Source: Chara braunii
Lineage: Eukaryota > Plantae > Charophyceae
Length of the DNA stretch: 62,682 bases
Reading direction: 5' to 3'
Assembly: GCA_003427395.1 (NCBI GenBank)
Contig: BFEA01000004.1
Span: 3,850,160-3,912,841, forward strand
Positions within the stretch are counted from its first letter, which is position 1. The number at the start of each line of letters is the position of its first letter. The translations under genes were made by a program, and so were the position numbers. Of the stretch, positions 12,290 through 23,560 are shown piece after piece. The notes under the pieces were generated by a model, which saw nothing but the letters and a program-made list of their open reading frames with translations, did no database searches and was not told the DNA's origin.

Positions 12290-14162
12290 NNNNNNNNNNN
12301 NNNNNNNNNNNNNNNNNNNNNNNNNNNNNNNNNNNNNNNNNNNNNNNNNNNNNNNNNNNNNNNNNNNNNNNNNNNNNNNNNNNNNNNNNNNNNNNNNNNN
12401 NNNNNNNNNNNNNNNNNNNNNNNNNNNNNNNNNNNNNNNNNNNNNNNNNNNNNNNNNNNNNNNNNNNNNNNNNNNNNNNNNNNNNNNNNNNNNNNNNNNN
12501 NNNNNNNNNNNNNNNNNNNNNNNNNNNNNNNNNNNNNNNNNNNNNNNNNNNNNNNNNNNNNNNNNNNNNNNNNNNNNNNNNNNNNNNNNNNNNNNNNNNN
12601 NNNNNNNNNNNNNNNNNNNNNNNNNNNNNNNNNNNNNNNNNNNNNNNNNNNNNNNNNNNNNNNNNNNNNNNNNNNNNNNNNNNNNNNNNNNNNNNNNNNN
12701 NNNNNNNNNNNNNNNNNNNNNNNNNNNNNNNNNNNNNNNNNNNNNNNNNNNNNNNNNNNNNNNNNNNNNNNNNNNNNNNNNNNNNNNNNNNNNNNNNNNN
12801 NNNNNNNNNNNNNNNNNNNNNNNNNNNNNNNNNNNNNNNNNNNNNNNNNNNNNNNNNNNNNNNNNNNNNNNNNNNNNNNNNNNNNNNNNNNNNNNNNNNN
12901 NNNNNNNNNNNNNNNNNNNNNNNNNNNNNNNNNNNNNNNNNNNNNNNNNNNNNNNNNNNNNNNNNNNNNNNNNNNNNNNNNNNNNNNNNNNNNNNNNNNN
13001 NNNNNNNNNNNNNNNNNNNNNNNNNNNNNNNNNNNNNNNNNNNNNNNNNNNNNNNNNNNNNNNNNNNNNNNNNNNNNNNNNNNNNNNNNNNNNNNNNNNN
13101 NNNNNNNNNNNNNNNNNNNNCCTAACCCTTGGGACCCCTGCCGGGGCCCCGGGCCTGGGGGTCGACAACCCTGGCTGTAGTATAGGTATACGCGTGGTTG
13201 AACGCGTAAGACTGACCCGTATATGCATCGGGCATCGGAGCGCTGATCTCCCGGACCGACTTACAAATCAGGTCGACTCGACCGACGAACATTCGCACAT
13301 ACTTCGCTTTGCCTAGAAATAGTTTCTTTAGGTATGACTCATAACTTATCTCCCCTTCTCCGGAGCAGGATCCCCTCAAATGCATTAAGTATCAGGGGTT
13401 GCACATAAAATATATACCCATCCTACCCAGTGATTAAGTCCATCCAACATATCTCTTTCTGAAAACATTTTGTCATACTACTCACTTATAAGAAATGAAA
13501 TAAGGTTACGTAATTAGGCAAGAAGATGTCATATACACTTAACACATTCACATGAACATTTTGAATTCATCGGGGAAAACATAGGTCATTGACTGTTTTG
13601 TCTTTTGTGCAAGTGGTGACGAGTGGGGCAATGCCCTCGTATGAAAAGGAAACAAAAGCTGAAAAAAAACAAAAACAAAAAAAAAAGGAAACAAAAGAAA
13701 GAGAGGAATGAATCTTCTACTAGAACATGGAACCATACATCGCCATATGTTTTGTCTTTTGTGCAAGTGGTGACGAGTGGGGCAAGGCCCGTAGGGCCAC
13801 TGCTCGTTGGAAAACGAAACAAAAGAAAGAGAGAGCTAGGGTAGGAAGTAGTTGTAACGTGTAACCCATAACTGCTGGAAAGCAGACCTGCCTTNGGATC
13901 CAGAACATATATTGCTGGCCTGCTCCATGGGCACACAAAATTTGTTGAACGTCTCTTGAGACGTTGGGACCTTTGCAGATGCACTGGGGTCCATCGGGAA
14001 AAGGACAATTCAACAATGAATTCGTATGCTCAATTTTTTCTCTTGTACCCTCGATATTTTAGAAGGGAGGGACACCATTGGCTACCTTAGCCAGCCCTTC
14101 CCAATTTTCTTTTTTACTCTATTTACTGGATGTGTTGGTGATATTATTACGGGTTCTGGACC
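12202..14162. mobile_element. Insertion with split direct repeats (A...B-A-B), partly hidden in a gap. The span also includes host-LTR and MITE sequence at 13121-13593.
   Basis: Absent from A2. A at 12202-12240 and (reverse complement) 13705-13741; B at 13594-13631 and 13748-13785. Confidence 0.5.
13121..13173. mobile_element. One end of a GC-rich hAT-type MITE
   Basis: TIR GACAACCCTG. The flank reads ACTACAGC on the minus strand, a 6/8 match to GCTACAAC at the other end. Confidence 0.7.
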
Positions 14163-14547
14163 NNNNNNNNNNNNNNNNNNNNNNNNNNNNNNNNNNNNNN
14201 NNNNNNNNNNNNNNNNNNNNNNNNNNNNNNNNNNNNNNNNNNNNNNNNNNNNNNNNNNNNNNNNNNNNNNNNNNNNNNNNNNNNNNNNNNNNNNNNNNNN
14301 NNNNNNNNNNNNNNNNNNNNNNNNNNNNNNNNNNNNNNNNNNNNNNNNNNNNNNNNNNNNNNNNNNNNNNNNNNNNNNNNNNNNNNNNNNNNNNNNNNNN
14401 NNNNNNNNNNNNNNNNNNNNNNNNNNNNNNNNNNNNNNNNNNNNNNNNNNNNNNNNNNNNNNNNNNNNNNNNNNNNNNNNNNNNNNNNNNNNNNNNNNNN
14501 NNNNNNNNNNNNNNNNNNNNNNNNNNNNNNNNNNNNNNNNNNNNNNN

Positions 14548-14777
14548 GGGGCCGGGAAGGTGCGGAGACCGGGGGTGCGGGGCCAGGGTTGGCGGGGGTC
14601 CCGGGGCCGGGGCCGGGGTGCTGGGTGCTGGGGCCGGGGTCCCGTGCGGGTGCCGGGGGTCGGGCAGGCGCGGGGGTCTTCAGCGGGGACCGGGCGTCAT
14701 CGCCCCTGCGGGAGGGGGTCCGGGGGTGAAATCTCGGCCCCGGCTTTGCCCCCGGGGGTCCCCGGGTGACAACCCTG
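14548..14777. mobile_element. Other end of the same hAT-type MITE
   Basis: Ends GACAACCCTG followed by GCTACAAC. The empty site in A2 (~26312) has a single GCTACAAC. Confidence 0.75.
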
Positions 14778-15089
14778 GCTACAACGATTGAGCAAACCAC
14801 CCTCGGTTGACTGACCTCTGCGATTGCAAGTAAAAGCCTTCGCACGTGAGTCAGTAGCTCAGCAGGGATATGCCCAGCCAAGGGATGGTGACAACTCCCG
14901 CAGGTGGAGGGGAGTTGTACCTCGCGGAATCTTTGTCCTGCCGCAGGGGGTCGCGAGAGGTATAGCTGGCGCGCACGGTCGGAGTTGGTCTTTGGCTGAA
15001 ACTCTTACAAAACTCCTGCGTGACACAACCGTGAGGTTTGACACTGAAAATACTTCACGTCTGGGTGTGGGACCGTCGCGCCCGATAGG

Positions 15090-15109
15090 TGGCGCCGTTG
15101 CTGGGGATC
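15090..15109 (+). promoter_or_regulatory. Primer-binding site complementary to the tRNA-Asp(GUC) 3' end
   Basis: TGGCGCCGTTGCTGGGGATC, 2 nt after the LTR end. One transition from TGGCGCCGTTGCCGGGGATC, the Athila-type Asp PBS. Confidence 0.85.
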
Positions 15110-18100
15110 TCGCTTTCCAGCCGAGGTCCTCAGTGAACGAACTCGGGTATGGTAAAATGATGATCGCAGCAAAACGACAACCTTTAATCAAACTGATACA
15201 GTATGTGATATGAGAATTGAAATTGCATCAAAGAGGTGTGATGCGTCTGGAAAGGTGCGCAGTTATATCGATGGTACCTCCAAGGGTCATGTTGTTAGTT
15301 ACTTTGACAACCTACCAACATCCTTAGAAGAAACGAACTAAGGTATAAGATAGCTAGAAATCTATGTCAGCTACTGAATGTGATGCTTTTATATAGAAGT
15401 TGGAAGTTAGGGTAATGAACGGTTTGAGAGAGGTGTCTGTGTATGCTAGATCATTCCTTTAATTTACATACTTGAGGTATTCGTATGTGTAATTGTGTCT
15501 GTCGACTTAAGTTGTTGGGAGGTTAACGACTAAGCTAACTCTCTTAAATTCTCAAGGATCAAGAAGAAATAGACGCGTGACCAACTATCCTATTTATGTT
15601 TAGCGAAATTATTCAACCTTACTTGCCCACTGTTTTCCTTGTCTATACCATTATAGTCATATCTAACTTATAGGGTTATATCAAACTTTCGTTCCTTGTC
15701 TAATTGAACTATCTATTCGAGTATGTTGCATACCACCTTAGAAGGTAGAAAACTCTCTATATCCTTGGTTAGTGTCGATAGTAGGATCAAAGAGATAACT
15801 TGTATAATGTAAAGTTCAGAGGTCCTAGCGCATAATCTTTTCAAGTCTCGATCCTTCGTACACGATCGTTATGAATAGTTTTACTATCAGGGTCATATCT
15901 CAATCGTGCCTGTCAGTTAGTTTCCTTATATAACAAAGAAAGGTTAGTTGTATGATCATTTTATATGGAACCTGCGTGAGGCTCATCTTAAACACCTTAC
16001 TATCTCACCTGTACATAGTTCCAGTTTAGCATGACTCGCATCATTATTTATTTAATCACGTGGTCATATGCCTACACATAAAGATTCATTTGTCACACTG
16101 CCTAAAGAACACAAGTTAGGAACCGACAAAATAAGAGAAAGGCGGTAAGGGAAAATATTTGAATAGGTCTGTAGCCTTCGCAAAAAGGGAGAGAAGGAAA
16201 TGATATGGAAATATGTGAGGTTGCGTCATCGCCAAGAGGGCTGACTCGAGCATACGTCATTCTCTGGTAGGATGACCTAGTACTATTATAAGTACAGGCA
16301 ATACTATGACACTTCTTTGTCACGCGTTGAGTCGTTTTCTTTTACTTACCCGATAAGATGCTATTTTTGCACCTTCCTTCCTACCTCGTCCTCGATAGTT
16401 AATTATCTTTCCCTAATTGCCTCACCTCACATTTCCACTGCCATCGTGCGTAAGTGATTCTTTCTTTGTTTTGCAAGTCGCACCAGCGGATCATTGCTTA
16501 TGTATCATGTTTGCGTTTTTTTTCTATGCCGCAACGATCTATGTATGGTTTATCTCCTAACCCATCGTAGAGAGGAATTGTATGAAAGGTAACCATAGTG
16601 GGCTCACTTGTTGCTTCTCCTGAGCTAACAAGACTTGAGCGTTTGTTCTAATAAGACTTGTATCTCTAACCTGGGTCACTGTAAAAAACACAAGAAGGAT
16701 TGAACCTACTCTACGTCTCGTCATTGTAAAACCTCTCTTGAATAGCGAGAGAGGATCCCGCTAAGGTAAGGAAAGGAAGATAATGCGTACTGACGGAAAG
16801 GAATATAATGCGTACTGACGGTTCCCTTTTGGATGATGTATGTAAATGTCGTATAAACCTTTTAAACCCTGAAAATGTGTATAGTCGTTAAGGCTACATA
16901 CTTGAAGACTAAGTGTCTTTGTGAGGTCATTTGTCATACAGTCTTAGTACAAGATTGTAAAGTAAAATAACCTTATTAATAATTGCTTACATAATATAAC
17001 TAGATTACCAGATTCTTGAAGCTATATAATATAGATTATAATGATAGACTCGGCATTTCGACGGTTGTCTAATTATTAAACCGATTTATTCTTACTCCTC
17101 TCCGTACCTCTACTCCTTCTCTGAGTGTGGTTCCATCGGGACCTACAGTAGGTGCAGACCCTGTTGCCACTACAGCACGTGACAACACATGGATGTCTGC
17201 AACTACTGCAGCCTCGAGTTCAGACACATCAATTGTTGGTGTCGGCTATGATGAGGATATTTTAGGCAAAATTGTGAGTCTCTGTTTGTAATGATAAAAA
17301 GTCATGCGCTCGTGTATGATAGGTGCAATTAAGTATGGTGGACGATTGTATATTAGGGTATGTCAAAGTACAAAGGAGTCTTGACATTTAACATATATTT
17401 CAAATACGCTAGCTTGAGGTATATATAACATTGTAGTTTTATAAACCTGATTATAGTCATACTGTGGGATGATATGAATGGAATAAAGTGAGTCATAGTG
17501 TGCTTAGTTGTTTTGACTGCTAGAGGTACCATTTACTAAAAATCTGATTAGAATATTATGCTCATGTGGTATAGAGCCTGATTGATAAAGTTGCTTATTG
17601 GAAGTATAATTTAAACCTTAGAAAATCATGAAATATAAGTCAATCATTTCATCGTCCACTTAATGACTAGCTAAGCTTCAGAGACAAATAACAAACGTAA
17701 TATTAAGTCACCTACTTGGAGAATAGGTATCTGTTTGAGGATGTATGAGATATAGTATAACAATGAATTAGTTTTAGGAGTCACTACATAAAAAGTTTGA
17801 TTATATTTATCTGGTTCTTGAAGCTATATGAATAAACTCATACTTTTATCGATAGGTTAAGCATTGCAAATTTCATTATGTAAAAAGATAATATGAGATT
17901 ATCTACTTAAAATAATTATCTAATTTAAAACACTATTTAATATGATTAGAGAATGAGAGTGTCCACTTGAGGGTTATCCATCTCCTCAAATTACGGTATT
18001 GTATAAGGAGTGATAAGACTACTTATTCCCACTATAGTAAATGTGTATGTCTGGGTATGTCTGAATATATGTGGGAATGAATGATATATGTTTCAAGTGA

Positions 18101-18225
18101 CATATTAATGTACGTTTTGTTCTTTGCTGAGTGAAGTTTGAACTTGTTATGTATATATATATTGATTGTTTTGTGACTGTTTGTACTTGTTTGTATATGT
18201 TTGTGAATCGTTTACTTCAAAAATG

Positions 18226-18850
18226 GTAGAAAAGTTGTATGAAATCCACGTTCGGCATGAGACCGAAGGTGAATGGAGTGACCAACCTTTGAAGAGAAGG
18301 AATTCTCTCAAGGGAGATCAGCATGCCGAACTCGTCCTTTAGGGGATTGCAACGTTGATTCATACTTTTACCTGATGGGCTTAGAAAGAGTATAATTAAG
18401 TCTTGTAGGCGGTAGTGAGACTCACGTCAGAATAATGTTCCTGGTCCACAGTGAGGTGTTGTCATTTTTCCTTGTACAGAAAATATGACTACACTATCGT
18501 CGAAAAGGGGGAAGATGTTCAAAGACTTGTTTGAACTCTGACGGTGAGTGAGACGACTACTATTTAGTCTGAGGACGCTTGGAGTGGTAGCTGAAGCGAG
18601 GCCCATGCTAGATGAGTCTACCACATCCGGAATGGGTGGTCTTACCAATCAGCCTTTAGACGGGTGTGAATGGGGTTGTCGGACTGTGCTCGATGAGGTC
18701 TGTCAGATACAAGCACTGAAATCGGACGGAGATGTGGTGAGGTTTAGTCCTAGAAGCGGGGGTCGGGATATGAGATGCTATCCTTTGATTGGATTACACC
18801 ACCCCTCGACACAATATACCTCTGTTAACCCTAGAGGAGTAGTATATGTT
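18226..18850 (+). pseudogene. Decayed ORF of unknown function in the retroelement internal region
   Basis: Frameshifted peptide GSETHVRIMFLVH/GVVIFP..MTTLSSKRG/CLNSDGE/RRLLFS aligns with 37561-38170; many differences are synonymous. Confidence 0.55.
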
Positions 18851-21769
18851 ATGTTATCGTGTTGTTGACTTTGTAACTTCACCATGATTTGTTATTGTGA
18901 AGTCTTAACTATAACAATTATTCTCGTTGTTAATGAGGTTACCAATTGATATTGACAGAATGTTTGATATTTTATGAAATGTTATTTATTCTTCTTACAT
19001 TCTTGAACATTTCTTCTACAATCTTGAGTTATATTCCTTGTTTATGGCAGAAGAATATCATTTACACTTGTATTGTGAAGTTTCGTCAAAACAGGGAGAA
19101 AACCATGCGTACAATCACGAGTTGCTTATGACATATTTCTTCGTTGATGATATCGATCTAAATGACGAAATGTGATTCGATTTTATGATTGTCGTCGAAA
19201 GGGTTCAATTCTTTTCGGCAACATCAGCTTAATACTCAGATCCGAGTATTATGCATTCGTTCATGGAGTGTATTATCGAAGGCAAAACCTGAGGAGTCGG
19301 TATAACAGCGACCTAAATTGAGTTTTGAATCTTTGAATTATTCTTGACCCTCGGATCATTAATATAATTGGGCAGACACGATAAATGTCCTGCTTGAAAA
19401 GGCATCAGAGAGATGTCTTGTAAAGACGCCGCTCATTCCTCTATAAAGTTAGTCTGAGATAAGTCTGTGAGATTCAAACAAGGAACTCAATCAGAAATGT
19501 TGATGTTTTGAAAGATATATTTGCATCTATGGTTAAGTGGAAACCAATATTTTCATTTGGGATAGGGACAATTCTGTATATTTTGAAAGATCCCCGAGAC
19601 GTGTGTCTGACCGAGCTGTGATCGAGATTTGGAGGACATGACCCCTAAGTGGGAACTTGACGATGGTCCTTGTTCATTCACTAAGTGGCAACCTGACGAT
19701 AAAATATTTATCTTTATGGTGTTTGAATGAACATCGTTCATCCACGAAGTGGTAACCTGACAAGGATGATAAATATTTTGATGATGATTTTTTGGTATAT
19801 ATTGAATTGAATATCGTTCATCCACTTCGGGAGGTCAGTCTGAAGGATTGAAATTACCAAGCCTATTGTGGAAAATTGACATCGTTGGGACGTAACTCCC
19901 AGTGAGGGCTATAACCAGACAACAGACCTTCCGATTTTGGCCTGGAGTTGAAACCTGACGGGTGACCACCCTAATTAGGGGATCAACTCAAGTAGTTACC
20001 GGAGGGGTCGAATGTAGTCTTTGAAATATATAAAAATTTTGATGATAAGGTTAACCTGTCATTGTGCAACCAAGACGGGGACCACTGGTAATATAACAAC
20101 ACGGTGGGCCGCAGATCTGACCTCATCAATTGGACTGTGGTGGGTTAAGACCAGAACCGCCAATCCCCTCGCATTAGACTTCGAGTGGGACGGTAATATG
20201 GTTTCAATTGAGACTCGCGTCCAAAGGGTTGGATTCTCTCTACGGACAACCAACGAGGGTCTGGGAAGAAAGTCTAAAGATGCGGAAAAAAAAATGATCA
20301 TTGACTCTTTTGATAATTTTCACCATTGTAGTACAAATTCAGTATCCCTACCTTTGGTTCATTCAATTTGGTTTGGGAGTTTCAGTATGTGGGAGGGAGT
20401 TTCAGTATGTGGGAGACCCAGGTTATAATCCCGACAATGGTAGAATGTATCAAGAGGGGCAATGAGAATCTTGACCGCATCTCAAACCCAAAGACTCAGA
20501 TTTTGCTATCCACTTATCAAAGATGCACCTTGTTTTGGGGAAGGGATTTAACTTCTCTTTCAAAAAAGGAAAAGAAAAGTACATGTATTATTTTATATTG
20601 TATCATATGTCTAGGAATGTTATCGATCATTTCATATTTTATCAGTTGATTTGACTTGGGGAAACGATATAAGGGAAAATTGTATGAATGATCATGATAA
20701 GTGTCCCTAGCGACGAGGACGTCGCTTAATGGGGTCTGGGAAGACTGTCGGACCAAATACCCACATGTTTTTACATTCGACACACCGATTGCACGCCATG
20801 ACGGAATTGGTCTTAACTTAAAAGTGTACACGTTTTTGCGTGACACTTTGAAACGATTTCCTCGACCATTGAGGACGGGGCAAATCGACGAGAAATTTCC
20901 GTTAAGTATGCGTGCGCATTATTGTGACACGCGCTCTGATGGTTAGAGTCAGTAGTAATACCCTTCAGCCGAGAGGTCGATGGGTCGATTGGGTCAGTAT
21001 TGTGTCAGGTAGATCTACGACACACACACCGAGTTTTAATCGTCGGTACGTTAATCAAAATAAATTAATATGTGCCCAAACCGTACGGCCGAAACAATTA
21101 AAATTGTGTGATCACAAGGTTGCAGTAGCGCTCGAATTGTTGGCACTTGCTCGAGCGGTACCACAAACCTTACTTATATTCCGCAACCTGATGCTGAAGC
21201 TACTGCTCGGCCTCCCATATGTAGAAAGGGATTTGCCTCTTGGACGGTGACTTCCTGACGCGCGGCGACACGAGAAACCAGTGCCTTCATCCCTGTATGG
21301 AGGGAGATACTATTGCAAGCTTTGTTATCGTCTGCACAGGATCTAGACTCAGGCTACTTGAACTGGTACCCTCCTATCTACCGGTACTGGGCGGTTAAAA
21401 GTGTCAACTTTTGTCTTCTTCTGCTCGGCCCCGAGTACCCGGCGCATCTACCCTTACTTGGTGTGATACCGACCTACCTGCTACATGATTGTTTTTCCAC
21501 TGCCACGGGCCTCTTTCCCCGCCACTTGAGTATTTTCCCCACCACAACCCTCAATGTCAAGGTTACAGGTAAGTACCGGCCCTTCGGGCCTTCCGATCAA
21601 CTAAGGGCCCTTGCGGGTCACACACACACTCGAGCGGACAAGCACTCAGACAGGCGCGTGGACCGGCAAGCGTGCACACACGCAGATTTAGAAACGGGCT
21701 CATGCCACTAGGCGGACTGAGCCCCACTTCTCTACATATACCTAAGTTGCTCCTCTTCTAATCGAAGTA

Positions 21770-21854
21770 GGAGCTAGCTCAGTGGGTTTCAGTGCGGATT
21801 GAGGATCAGGTGACTCGGGGATCGAATCCAACACCGAGCTAGCTCCTTTTTTTT
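21770..21854 (+). ncRNA. tRNA-derived Pol III-like unit inside LTR A2
   Basis: A box TAGCTCAGTGGG, B box GGATCGAATCC (one mismatch to consensus), terminal stem GGAGCTAGCTCAGTG/CACCGAGCTAGCTCC and a T8 terminator-like tract. Confidence 0.5.
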
Positions 21855-22669
21855 ACAAGGAGCTCCACTATGGTTTCACCCCACATACGAACGGACGGGG
21901 CTTGAACCCGTGACCTTGGTTTCACAGATTAGATATAGTTAGAGCCCGTTGTGACAATTGGCACAACGGGGTAGTTAGTAACTAGATTCTGTTTTTTTAA
22001 TTTTCTTATTTTCTTTGGTTAGTTAGATTCACTTCTTTTAAGTTTCTTATTATTTATTTTATTTTTTTCGTAGCTGCTCCTTGAGAGATCACTTGAATGT
22101 ATCCGCCTTAGAAACCAAGGCCGATTCATTCAGGTGGCTCATAAAGGCCATAAATCCAAGCCATGGTCGTGGAGGTAGGCGGACCACTCTTGGTACTGCG
22201 CCGCCACATCGTGGAAACTCGCGAACGTGCGAAAGGCGAGGCACAGCGAGGAGACGGAGAGGCACTTCGAGGGAAAGCAGAAAGGAGAGTCGCGCAGAGA
22301 GGTAGCACACACGAGCTAGGAAGAAGATAGCCACGTGAAGAGGAGAGGAAAGGAGGAGGAAGAAGAAGGAGAAGAAGAAGAAAAAAAGAAACGAGGAAAA
22401 AAGCGACTTTCTTACATATTGAATACGCATTGTATCTGTCGTATCCCCGTGAGTCGACGATCTCGGTATGCTGCACTTCGCTATGGATCGAGGTGCGTTG
22501 TGGAGCGGGGAGCAGTGATCTCACGACGACGAAGAACTGACGACGACGACGATGAAAATGAGAGAACAGGTAAGTCTTCAATCGTGCGGCTTACCTCATG
22601 GTACTTCCAACGATATGATGAGATTGATCGAATGAATCTACCGCTAGAACATGGAAATATACACTACGA

Positions 22670-23560
22670 CTATGTATGTATGTGTGTGTGTGTGTATGTG
22701 TGTATATGTGTGTGTATGTGTGTGTGAGTATGTAACTGTGTGTGTGCGTCAGAAATAGCCGGACAGAGAGATAGAGAGACAGACAGACAGACGAAGACAA
22801 TCAAACTATGACACATCACAATGAAGCACGCACAGTGACAGACACAGTCGCACAGTCAAACTGTCGCACATACACAAGTGACACACTGACACACAGTGAA
22901 ACACATGCATACACAGTGGAACAGAGACAGACACTGTGACACACTCATACACAGTGGAACAGAGACGGACACTGTGACACACATAGACACAGTGGAATAG
23001 ATAGTGACAGTGAAACTCACAGTGAAACGCAGTGCACAGACACACAGTGCACAGTCACATACACAGTCGCACACACAAAGACAAAGTGACATACAGTGAC
23101 ACTGTGACACACACAGAAACGCACAGGCAGACAGTGCACTGTTACACACACACAAACGCTGTGACACTCACACAGACACGATGACACATACACAAATACA
23201 CAGGTGCGTCGTGTCACACAGATGTTCAGTGACACATACACTGTGACACATACAAGGGCACCGTGAAACATAAAACAGACGTACACAGATACTATAACAA
23301 ACACACACAGATGTTGTGACAAACACAAACAGATGTTGTGACACAAACAGATAATGTGAGACACACAGGTGTTGTGACACACATAGATGTTGTGACACAC
23401 AGACAGATGTTGTGACACACAGACACAGTGACACAGTCACAGTGACACACTGCCACTGTGACACAATCACAGTGACACACTCACAACGATACACAGTGAC
23501 ACTCACACAGCCACTGTGACATACACAAAGACACACAGTGCACTGTGACCCACACGGAGG
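22670..23560. repeat. (TG)n and CA-rich minisatellite inside LTR A2
   Basis: Homologue of 8500-9450. Confidence 0.9.

Larger units (their letters stand above)
5485..15087 (+). mobile_element. Giant 5' LTR, copy A1 (~5.7 kb net), with four nested insertions
   Basis: Colinear, highly similar direct repeat of 20932-26607. Ends GGACCGTCGCGCCCGATA (GACA in A2) directly before a PBS. The putative start TGTCCTCATC is recovered once solo LTR 5500-6783 is removed. Confidence 0.8.
15088..20701 (+). mobile_element. Internal region of element A1: AT-rich with exon-like islands, no recognisable RT, RNase H or integrase
   Basis: Follows the PBS. Shares post-PBS sequence and a decayed ORF with 36647-38200. 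Confidence 0.6.

Noticed and set aside
12185-14881. Long ORFs of 230-370 aa (also 42527-43650 and 58686-59507)
   Set aside because: Artefacts of reading through N gaps.
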